In this document: positions 1-13,424 of the stretch, piece by piece
How positions within the stretch are numbered: position 1 is the first letter of the stretch
How the letters are laid out: each line of letters begins with the position of its first letter
Assembly (NCBI GenBank): GCA_013115145.1
Contig: JAAPAO010000136.1
Coordinates: 1 to 64,000 of the forward strand
Direction: 5' to 3'
Length of the DNA: 64,000 bases
From: Perkinsus chesapeaki ATCC PRA-425
Lineage: Eukaryota; Protista; Perkinsozoa
Notes under the pieces: generated by a model
Seen by the model: the letters and a program-made list of their open reading frames with translations, nothing else
Told to the model about the DNA's origin: nothing
Database searches by the model: none
Position numbers and translations under genes: made by a program

Positions 1-110
1 TTTTTATATCATTACATTTATATATTATTTTTATATCATTACATTTATATATTATTTTCATATCATTACATTTTATATTATTTCTATTTGATTACATTTA
101 TATAATATTT
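1..110. repeat. AT-rich tandem repeat, about 27-bp unit (tttttatatcattacatttatatatta), about 4 copies, degenerating rightwards
   Basis: Unit recurs at 1 and 28 exactly, with degenerate copies from about 55 and 81; may continue left of the window. Confidence 0.85.
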
Positions 111-275
111 CTACTTACAATCATTCATGCTCAGAATTCAACCTTACAGCACTGAGTATCGAGTGATAAATCTAAGAAATACTAATTATTATTCTTCAGT
201 GCGTAGAGGCCGTGTAAGGTCTACAGTAAGCCAAAGCTTATCTTAGCCCCCTCAGATTCAACCTTCTCTGCTGTA

Positions 276-929
276 ATGATAAGCTTCCTCCGATACACCT
301 TCAGCAAAAGATTCCTGGTATGTTGGCTTGTCTGGTCGGTCGGTGTTATATCATTTGGGATAGTTGCCGCAATAATACCGACCGCGGCTGGTGGTTCCAT
401 CACCGAGACATTGATAGTCCTTCTGGTCTACTTGATAGTTGTGGGGATTCTGCCACCCCTGTTGATACTGGTGTATTCGAGACGATGCTACAAGGAGGAT
501 CGACAACGTGAAGAGTCCATGAGATTGTGGCAACTGGGCTACGGTCACGTTGGGTCGCGATGTCGAAATCTGCCTAAGGGAGCCTCTAAGGGCTTCAAGA
601 AGGAGTGGAAGCAATGGTCCGATCAAAATACGAGATTGTGCACCTGGAGAGAAGTTAAATATGATGCTACTGGCGAAGATGTTTGCGCCATCTGTCTTGT
701 CAAGTTTGCGGATTCAGACAAGATTAGAGAGCTCCCTTGCAAGCATACATTCCATGTTGAGTGCTTCAACAGTTGTTTCTCTTCATTACCTCGTCCGTTG
801 GTCCCCGGAAGTCAGCACAGATGCCCATTGTGTCGTACACCTCTCGGACCAACTCTTGCCGGAGCTCCACCACCGCAGCGTCAGCAGTCAACTACTACCG
901 GTCCGATGAGTCGGAGGAACTCACTTTAA
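276..929 (+). CDS. Transmembrane RING-H2 finger protein (putative E3 ubiquitin ligase), paralog 1, intronless
   Basis: Two N-terminal hydrophobic segments; CAICLVKF...LPCKHTFHVEC...CPLCR = C3H2C3 ligand pattern. Confidence 0.85.
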   Translation: MISFLRYTFSKRFLVCWLVWSVGVISFGIVAAIIPTAAGGSITETLIVLLVYLIVVGILPPLLILVYSRRCYKEDRQREESMRLWQLGYGHVGSRCRNLPKGASKGFKKEWKQWSDQNTRLCTWREVKYDATGEDVCAICLVKFADSDKIRELPCKHTFHVECFNSCFSSLPRPLVPGSQHRCPLCRTPLGPTLAGAPPPQRQQSTTTGPMSRRNSL

Positions 930-1357
930 GCTCCTCGTTTTATATAAGGTCGTTAGGACTTTATTCTCGGAGATGAGCAGGCCTCAAGATCTCGGAGTAG
1001 ATTATTCTTCTTACCCTTTTTTGGTAGATTATTTCATGCATCTTGTGTCCCGTGTAACTCCTGTTGTATATTAATATGACAATATCGTCATATAATTTTT
1101 TATTGAACTGTCTATTCGTCTTATCAATCATATTTTCAGACTAGTATTGGTTGATAGGATGATACTGCATTCCTGATCTAATAACACTTTTTCTGCAATA
1201 ACTCTTCGTAGTCGATACGAAGTCTTTATCTCCCCTGCCGCCGATAGCCCTCGCCACTACAGCAGTAACAATAGTAATACAAATGGCCGTCTTCGTCCCA
1301 AACCGACTGTTCCGAGTTTAGTGCCAAACCACCGCTTTGTCAGGCGTTCGTATTAAA

Positions 1358-1930
1358 ATGTCGATTTCCTGTTTAAGTATCATTAAAAGATTTGTCGCTT
1401 CGGGATGCTCTCGGCCTTATAGGTATCTTTGGGTCATCTGGTTCGTTGGATTTGGCGCCCTCATCATCGCGGTTTCATTCTCATCGTATGTTCGTAAGCG
1501 ACCTCTGGAAACCGCCATCTATATTGCCGCTATTGGCCTACTTCCGCCATTCCTTATCCTGGCCTATGCTTATCTTGTTGAGTCTGGAGAATTCATCGTT
1601 CCAAGCAGACGGCCACTACCAACACGAATCACTGCGGCCGAAAGAAAACGATTCACCAAGTCCTGGGAGAAATGGACGTTAACGAACACCAGAAGCGGTA
1701 AAATGTCAGCAGTTGCACCCGAGCTGGTTAAGTGTCACGAATCTTGTACGATCTGTCTCGGTGCATTCGAAGATGATGATGAAGTCAGAGAGCTACCTTG
1801 TAAGCATGTGTTGCATGAGGCATGCTTCAGAGCCTGCTTCTATCACCATAGACCTTCCTTCGGAAAGGCACAACATGAATGCCCGCTGTGTCGCGGGGCA
1901 GTAGGTCCCTTGTATGATGAGTCCTTGTGA
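1358..1930 (+). CDS. Transmembrane RING-H2 finger protein, paralog 2, intronless
   Basis: ATG at 1358 in frame with ORF 1337-1930; two TM segments; CTICLGAF...LPCKHVLHEAC...CPLCR. Confidence 0.85.
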   Translation: MSISCLSIIKRFVASGCSRPYRYLWVIWFVGFGALIIAVSFSSYVRKRPLETAIYIAAIGLLPPFLILAYAYLVESGEFIVPSRRPLPTRITAAERKRFTKSWEKWTLTNTRSGKMSAVAPELVKCHESCTICLGAFEDDDEVRELPCKHVLHEACFRACFYHHRPSFGKAQHECPLCRGAVGPLYDESL

Positions 1931-2220
1931 ATGATCACCCACCTCGCAGTTCTAAGATAGCAGTTGTGCCATCCTTTTCTGTAGATCAACTAGCATGGTA
2001 GTATCGCATCTTCCTTCTCGATGAAGTATCATTTCTTTTGTTAAGTATTGCAGTTGTCTTGTGTCCCAAAGAATACTTATTTTCTTTCGTGCTTTTGTAG
2101 AACAGGATCTGAGTACAAATCTCGAGCTTGGTCTCATACAACTAACTGCCATTGCGTTAATAATCCTGTATAACTTTGTTTAGGTCAAGTCATTGTTGTT
2201 ATTATTGCCCCTCCCTTGCC

Positions 2221-2880
2221 ATGAATGTTGGTCAATTACAAAGAGCCTTCCATCGCTCATTCAGTCGACCCTATTTGTGGCTTTGGGCACTTTGGATAAC
2301 CGGTATGGCATCCTTTGGGTTCGGTGTGGTATACACATCGTCCTCGAGAGACTATCTCATAGAGATTATCATTTATGTAGCCTTTCTGGCCATACCTCCG
2401 CCGATTGTTATCATTACCTATGCATATGTCGTGGAGTCCAGAGAGGGCTTTGGCCCAAACTCTTCTATTATTAATGATATAACCCATCTACCTCCGAGTC
2501 GTAATGCTGATACTGCAGCTGCTCTACAGGCCTTCTCAAAGGAATGGTCCAAGTGGTGTGAATCTAATATTAAAGAAGGCAAAGCTAACGATCTATCTCC
2601 TATTAGAGCTGGAGAGGAATCCTATTGCCCAATTTGCCTTGATGAAATAGATCCCCATGAGGAAGTTAAACAGCTCCCATGTGGGCATGTATTACCATTA
2701 CCTTGTTTTGATATTTGCTTTAATAAGCATGTACCTCTTCACAGCTATGGCAAAAACCAACATCAATGCCCATTATGTCGTGAAGCCTTTGGACCTGTCT
2801 ATCGCCCTAATAGAGGCTCATCGATGCTCTCTTCGAGAACTTCGAATACGCTACCTCATGAGACTATCTGGCTGGCCTGA
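2221..2880 (+). CDS. Transmembrane RING finger protein, paralog 3, with one zinc ligand altered (His to Pro)
   Basis: ATG at 2221; two TM segments; CPICLDEI...LPCGHVLPLPC...CPLCR, with P where the paralogs have the second His. Confidence 0.8.
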   Translation: MNVGQLQRAFHRSFSRPYLWLWALWITGMASFGFGVVYTSSSRDYLIEIIIYVAFLAIPPPIVIITYAYVVESREGFGPNSSIINDITHLPPSRNADTAAALQAFSKEWSKWCESNIKEGKANDLSPIRAGEESYCPICLDEIDPHEEVKQLPCGHVLPLPCFDICFNKHVPLHSYGKNQHQCPLCREAFGPVYRPNRGSSMLSSRTSNTLPHETIWLA

Positions 2881-3143
2881 TGGGATTTTCGATCAACTCT
2901 GCTGTTGGTCTCTGCTTCGCAAGATGATATACAGCTTCGTGAAGTGCGATGATTTTGCACGATGCTCGCGGCATATTTGAGCATCAGCTTGTGGGGGCGA
3001 AGGGTTATCAGTTTGTAGTAGGTCTTGGATACTTCAAAGTAAAAGTCAATCACATTTGTTGTTTCATCATCACAGTAAATTCTATTGTGTTCCATAAGGT
3101 GTCAGAAGGATGGCGATAGTTCGCCACGGCAAGTAGTGACAAA

Positions 3144-5054
3144 ATGAACGTACCGCTCCTTCGACGAATCGCCGTCGTAACATCCCACAGTGGTGTTGGG
3201 CGGCTGCGGTCACGATGCTTCAGCATTATGGCTCGATATAAGGAGGTTCGACCAGCTAGCGCTGCGGAGCCGTGCAGCTCGGGTTGGAAGGTAAGATGGT
3301 CACTACTCTTATGAGGGACTGGAGTTTTGTGCCCAGCTTCCAGAACCTGAGGAAGCTTCATTACCGATGAAAGCGAATGACGCAGAAGCTCCGGCCCCAG
3401 CTGAGATCTATCCGAGGTTCGATCCCACCTTATTAAAAATAGTGTGTCACTCAGGATTAAAGGCGGAGGCTACTATCTCCGTAATGCAGTGCCCGATGAG
3501 GCAAAACTTACCACTTCAGCGACACCAGCTCCGCACAGCATGCCTGAAAAACCGAAGTTTATAAAAGTACCCAAAGCTGACGGTCCATCTGCATCTGCAG
3601 TTCTAGGTAGCACTCATTGGCGCTCCGAATGCGGGAAAGTCCTCCCTTATGAATTGCATGATCAACAGAAGTTTGGCTGCGGTGAGCCCGAAAGTTAATA
3701 CTACTCGGGAAGAGATCCGAGGAGTGGTCACTGATGGCGATCACCAAGTAAGTGTCTTCTATTGTCGTTCTAATTAGACCTTACCGTTCCTCAGATAGTC
3801 GTGATCGATGCACCTGGGGTAATTCCAGCAGACCAAACCAAAGGATGCAGAGCACTAGCTCGAGACGCGTGGACAGGGTGTGTTCGAAATGGCGACGGAA
3901 CGCTCGATGCTCCTCTTAGTTACAATGACTGTGATCTCGTATTGCTTGTTGTCGACACTTTGCGGAGACCCGATACCGATCTGGTGGAGCTGATTCGGAG
4001 GGTTGCCCCCAAACCAGATTTAAGTACCACTTCATCGCGGTTCATTGCTACCATTCTACTTTTCAAGGCACGGAGTATCACCAGCGACGAAACCCAGACC
4101 TCAAGCCTACCTCAGCGCAAGAAGGTGATGCTGAGGAGACTGACAAAAGGCCACCGGTCGTACTGTGTTTGAACAAGATCGATAAGTCTCAGCGGCTGTG
4201 GGTTCAAAAGAGAGCTGACCAATTAAAAGAGTACCTGCGCCTGCGTCGTATTAGTTACATTTCGATTGCTGCCAGACACGGAGCATTCAAGCAAATATTT
4301 TTCATATCGGCCAAGAAAGACCGAGGCGTGAAAGCCCTGCTACATTTCCTCAAAACTCGATGCAAGGACAGAGACTGGGCCTTCCCCCCTGATGTGAGCA
4401 CTACGCTGCCGATGGTCGAACAGGTAAGAAGATTCTCCTAGCCTAATGCATAGCGGAGGGCTATGAACTGCAGGTTGAGCAACTGGTCCGCACGTATCTT
4501 TTTTGTTGGTTTAACAAAGATTTGCCTTACAAGATTGAGCAGCAAACAGGTGAGGTGGAGAGACAAGTGCGTCTCGATGCATTTTTATGGCGAAAAATAC
4601 CCGATGCAGGATTCGAACCTACGACCATCTGCTCCGTAGGCAGACATTCTATCCAGCTGAACTAATCGGGCGCTGATTTTAAATTTTCTCACTTTAACTC
4701 GTCCGTTCCTTCAGTTGGATGGACACCTCGACTTGACGGTGGTTTAACTATCGAGCATGAACTTAAAGTCCAGGATAGCATCGTACTCCGCATGATCTGC
4801 GGTACTCGTAACCGAATCATCCGACGGCTGCGGCAAAATGTTGCCTACAAACTCGAACAGGTAGCAATAGATGTAGGTGGTAGTAATACCAACATTTCCT
4901 TCAGGCATGGGGCATCAAGCCAATACAATTAGTGATTTGGGTAAAGGCTAAAGTAGTTCGAAGATCAAAAAGAGATATTCAAGAGTATCGAGCACAGTTC
5001 TTCGAGGCCCGAGCAACTGCCAAAGGTAACCCCAATGCCACAGTTTCACATTGA
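3144..5054 (+). CDS. era: Era-family GTPase (ERAL1-like), multi-exon, probable mitochondrial presequence
   Basis: Spliced translation gives G1 VALIGAPNAGKSS, G2 VNTTR, G3 IDAPG, G4 NKID and a C-terminal KH-like region; Arg-rich N-terminus MNVPLLRRIAVV...RSRCFS. Confidence 0.85.
4593..4597 (-). terminator. RNA polymerase III terminator (T5) immediately after the tRNA
   Basis: aaaaa at 4593-4597 reads TTTTT on the minus strand directly 3' of the discriminator base. Confidence 0.7.
4598..4671 (-). tRNA. tRNA-Arg(ACG), located antisense in an Era intron (about 4551-4714)
   Basis: Reverse complement folds as GCCCGAT-TA-GTTC-AGCTGGATA-GAAT-G-TCTGC-CTACGGA-GCAGA-TGGTC-GTAGG-TTCGAAT-CCTGC-ATCGGGT-A; anticodon ACG, A20 present, B-box GGTTCGAATCC. 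Confidence 0.9.
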
Positions 5055-5323
5055 ACTACTTCCCATGCAAACATACCTCTCTTTCCGAGGAGGCAACCAA
5101 CGTTTCTGTAAACCCGTGTTATGTTTTGGAGTTGTTAACGTATAACGCGACAACTGCGGAATGCAGAAAAATGCCCAAAATAACATCTAACCGCCTCCTA
5201 TGTACGATAAACTGTATATTTGCACGACCTGCTGCTCCTGCTGCTGTACACTTGGTGATGGTGGATTATGACTGTAGATTACCAATGAGCCTTGAGTACC
5301 AGTTTCAATCAGCAAAACAACAT

Positions 5324-6786
5324 TTACTGGCGAATGCCGCCTAAACCACAAATGTATCGGTTATCGAATCAGCTATAGCTCACCTGGAGAGACTAGCTCT
5401 TGCAGTGCCGTTGGCGGTAGCATTCCAAGGTTCACGAGAAGACCAATCTATCGGAGATGATAATCATAATCTCACGGGCACTACTCAATACCTGCCACTT
5501 CCTGGCCATAGTGTCCTCTTTGAGACAGTTAGCAATGGTAGTGTTTGGTGCGGCGTCGATTTTCAATTGAGGGGGAAGACATTGCCTGAGGATCACCATG
5601 AAAGGTTAACCAGTAAAAGCCAATTGTCCGTATTTGCCCGATTAGTACCTTAGGGCCTCCCGGGCACGATCGTTCTCCGAGAGACGCTGATAACATCTAA
5701 TGATGTGCTTAAGTAAACGGGACGAGGGTGCCTCGGACAAGGATTGAACCTGCGCGCAATTAGATGCCCGAAATCCTTGCAAAGGCGCTCTACCATGTTG
5801 CCAAGGACGGTGCTGACAGCGTAGAATCTTTCCGCGGTTGCACAGATATACTGCAATCCATTATCGTCCAGCAATATCTTCTGTATGATGAACGTCGCAA
5901 CGGTCTGTCAATTCCAAGGAATCACTCCCCCAACGCCACCACCACCACCATCCCGGTACTACTCTTGACAGCTCTGAGCCTGTCTCCATTATACGAAGGC
6001 ACAGCGGGATAATCTCCGTTTGTAGGAGAAATTGTACGACCTAAAGCCCGGACCTGTGGATCGAACCCGCGACCTTTCCGTTCACTACCTGCTCATCATC
6101 CACCTTAACTAGAGCGCCGATGACTCCCAAGCTTGTCAAACGTAGGTACTCGAAAGGACGAACCTTTGAGACGGTATTGAGGAAAGGGTACCTATGAGCA
6201 GCGAAGTCCTCCCCTTAAGCGTTATGGCGATTACAAGAATAATGGTATATGAGCCTGTAGGAAAGGCTTCCTGGTCTCTGGGTGACTAGCCAAACACTGC
6301 AAGAGAGCCAATGCATTGCAAGCTCTATTGGACACCGCAGCCGATAGATTAGGTGGGCTCAGGCAAGGATAAACAGCAAGCATCTCCTAACAGAGGAATA
6401 TAAAGCATCTAAAGATAGGCTATATCACCTGTAATAGGGCAGCCACAGTGCCGAAGGAATACCAAAGTATCGGGGCCAAATCAGGGAAAGATTCTCGCCT
6501 CTTGGAGAGTTCCAAAAGAGCTTGCTCACGCTTCTCAGGTATGGTAAGGTCCAAGACTAAGATACGCAGGTTAAAAGATACGCCTCGAGTGAGCTAAGCT
6601 ACCTAAGAGATATATCTTCTCCTTTTCGGCCTGAGATGCAGCGGCAGCTACCGCATTAGCCTGAGGTTGAACCATGCTCGACCCACAAGAGAAAGATACT
6701 ACTCTATCAACCGGTTGGACAGCAGGAGGGATAGGTGCAGATCCTGGAGGAGCCCCGATCCCCGGCTGAGAGCTTGAATGATTCAT
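5324..6786 (-). CDS. CNOT9: CCR4-NOT subunit 9 (RCD1/CAF40), multi-exon
   Basis: Spliced translation: [37 protein letters not shown]...[13 protein letters not shown]...[19 protein letters not shown]...[12 protein letters not shown]...[15 protein letters not shown], characteristic of RCD1. Confidence 0.92.
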
Positions 6787-7163
6787 AACAGGTAACAAGA
6801 TTCTAACAAGGTTCAATTCAAGTCACTCGTGATCTCACACAATGTAATGCCGGGGAGATATCTTGCTAACCTTGCTATCTTGAGTTTCCTCAACGTCTGC
6901 TATGGTCAAATGATTAGCAGCAGAACGCGTTGGTTTAGATGACTCTTACTGATTAAAGCAGTCATTTTGCTCAGCCAATCGTTTGTATAATCGTATCATG
7001 CATATATAAATCACCGTTGGGATCGATTCCTCCTTTTGGTCTTGGTCTATTGAACAACCTTCCGAGTATCCTCCTCGGTGGAGTATCTTTTGGCTTTGCC
7101 CTCGATGATGATAAACACTATGATAACTCAGGTAGTTTAATAAATCCATTTTGTTTAACTACT

Positions 7164-10387
<3,224 letters not shown>

Positions 10388-11088
10388 AGTGTGTTGTGAT
10401 GATTAAGTGATGATAGCGGTTGATATTCGTGATTAGCACTACATACTATGAAGACACTACAATAATAGGTTTCTAATATCACAATGGTCAGACAACTTGT
10501 GTACAGTACAACAGTCAAAAGCAGCAGGAAAATAACGATAAGGCCTATTGGCGTTAGTAGCGGATTCTCACCTCGTATTTCGGCCGCGTTGGCCAAAGTA
10601 ATAACCAGCTCGAAATCTACCGAGATGTAGAACTATACCGTAGCCACCCGATAGAACATAGCCATCAACCCGAACTAGAGGACTCGATATGTGTACATGA
10701 GTTATAACTTGTTCTGATCAGGTAGGTTCGCAAATGTTCAAGTGTGTTCGAACCAATATCATTAAGGATAGCCTCACGAACGCGAAGATCCGGCAGTTTA
10801 TTTTTTTCGCACGAACATGACATGAACGAAGCATGCATCCACATTACGAATAGTTTTTATCCTCAAGGAAGGTATTTCCGTGGGGCTAGATGAGTTGCTG
10901 ATCATAAGCTTAGCTTATACAGTATCAGCTCCATAGACTTCATCACTTTGTACATTGACAACACAGTACTAACATCCTCGGTATTCCTGTAGTATTGCTT
11001 TTTGCACGTGTGTAGTCTTTATACTGCACATTACTAACTCTCAACTAGACACGTTTTTTCCAACACCACCATTTGATAAAGTTCACAT

Positions 11089-13014
11089 CTAGCGAGGATA
11101 TCGTGGATTTGTTTTAGTAATAAAGTAATTTATAGCAGTACAGGTAGCATCCCCTGCTCCGGTGCTTGAAGCCATCCTAACAGCCATTTGGGCGCTTGTC
11201 ATCTTCTTCCTGCTGCCATCTTCTTTCTCGCCGAATTTAACACCTCCCAGCCAATGTGGTACTTCTCGCATAACGTTTCTGATTGATACGCGGATCGGCA
11301 TTTCGCCTTTAGAGATGCTTGCTTGTGATTTTCCCAGATAATAAACAATGGATGTAAGGCAGGTAGTTAGTAATTTATCGGATCCATCTTTGACTGCTGA
11401 CTGGCTGAAGTACTTATTAAACTTCTTAAGTCGGACACCACTCTCAGACCTGAACCAGATTTTGAAACCCCACAGAGTCGCACGGAGATCTCACTTTACT
11501 GGTAGCTGTGCCAACTCAAATTTATCAACGAGTCTATTGATACGATGTACTTGTATATCTTTCATAGTTGTACTTTCCTGAGCACACACCAGAGGTTTCC
11601 TTCCAAGCTGACTATCTTTTCGTTGGAGTTTCAACTCTGGCTGAACTGTCAGGGTGCAGGTATCGATATCCGCTCCTTGGCCCTGAAATTTAAGGTTCGA
11701 ACAACCACTAAGGTAGGTGAGCTTACCATGGAGTTAAGTTGACTTGCGAAGTTAACAAGGGCGAGTATAGACCTTCCGACTGGGTCTTCAGCATCGCGGC
11801 TGGTTTGTCGAGAGGCTTTTTTATTCTTCTTCCCCTCGATAGAAGCAAGCTCCTTTTTGCGCAACTCATCTTGCTTCATCAAATCCTCTGCGCCAAGAGG
11901 CTTGCCTAGCTGTAGGCCAGTAACAATGGATCCATGAAACAGGTATTTCGCGAGCAAAGCATGGCAGGTTTTTGGCTCGACCTTTTCCGCTGGAGTGTCG
12001 ATGGTGTTCCCGGCAGCATCTAGCAAAACCGAGAGCTCTTTTCTGATAGGGACGACTTCACTGAAGTGCATCACTAATGATTTGCGTGCTATTCATTCTC
12101 CGTACTCGTTCCTCCTCAAGGATAGTCTCTGTACACGTTTACCGAGTATTTTTAACTCTTCTATACCGGCCTCGTAGGTATGATCAAACAAAGTGGCTTT
12201 CACATGGCACTTGCCCCTGTATTCGCCTTCTTCCTGAGATAATCGAGATTATATGTCTTTTCCGGATTATACATCACTTTCAAGCTCATCCACGACTTCT
12301 TAGCTAGTTTAAGAGCTCTTGATAATTCCTACCACGACATCTTGAGTATGCTTGGTGATATGGCAAGGCTTCTCTACCTCTTTCGTGTGTTTAGTTGTGA
12401 TGAGTCCACGATCGCCAACAATGTAAGCTTGCCCTTGGGCCAACCCTGCCAGGTCTTCAACACCGGTAGAGACCGCTCCATGTGCTGAGAATGTCTTCCC
12501 GGAAGGTTTGTTCCGCGTTTGCTCGTTGAAATTCGAGTGTACCGTGTGCACCCAATCAGTAAGCATCATCGGTATAGTAAGAGCCGTTTTGAGTGCAGCG
12601 GAGCCGGCAAGAGTTCTATAAATGACATCGAGGCAGGGGTTATCGCCTGAGATTTGGGGTATGGGCTTGACCAGAGTTTCGACAAAGTCGAGGTTAATAT
12701 CAATTCTGAAGTGGAAGCAGAACATGGATAAACAGTACTGCAGTGGTTCTCACCTTCCGTTGTTGGTTGTGATCGCCATACCGCTTTCCATATCCAACGC
12801 TACTTCACATTCGCCAAGAAATCGAGTCTTCGCTGAGATGGCGCATACCCACGGGGAAGGGGAAATAGACTGATTCGAAGGTGTTCCTCTGCGAAAGGCA
12901 ACATCGTACTAAAGAATCTTCATCACTGCTGTCAATGGACGATGCACTGTGTACTGCAGAGGATGGCGCGATCATAGTGGCCGCGATGAATGAACACAGG
13001 CATATCACCTTCAT
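11089..13014 (-). CDS. Uncharacterised secreted protein 'E', 3 copies of the two-exon Cys module
   Basis: Signal-peptide-like MKVICLCSFIAATMIAPSSA; short exons 12752-12869, 12106-12233, 11516-11682 (phase 0 to 2, Cys+beta); helical exons contain PCLDVIYRTL, TCHALLAKYL, TCLTSIVYYL. Confidence 0.7.
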
Positions 13015-13424
13015 TGAAAAGTTTGTGAACACCTGGACAACTAATGGAAATAAAGGTGCGTCCCCCCGTGACGTGACGTGCTGTTTGATGAGTACCATCA
13101 ATGTGTTAATCATACCCTATCATTCGTAATATAGCGTATAGTCTGATCAATATGAGGTGTTTGTGGCCCAGTGTAATGGACAGCCGTCAAGGTCACAGTC
13201 GACAAAGAATAGTCTTAATTTTATAATAGATAAGCTTCGGTTGCGTGCTTGAAAAGTCCAAAGGCAAGCCACCGCCTCTTCTGCCTTTTTGTTGGTAAAT
13301 ATACTTCACGAAGCGTCCCTCGATTCGAACACAGCACCGGAGCTACGAACAGCGTGACAACATCGACATCGAACATCATGTGGTTGACCAATAAGCTCAA
13401 CTTGGTGATATATTTGAAGAGGGG

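Noticed and set aside
10637-10646. accgtagcca matches the first 10 nt of the Perkinsus/dinoflagellate spliced leader (sequence recalled from memory)
   Set aside because: Match stops at 10 nt, is expected by chance in 128 kb of both strands, and has no SL-RNA context.
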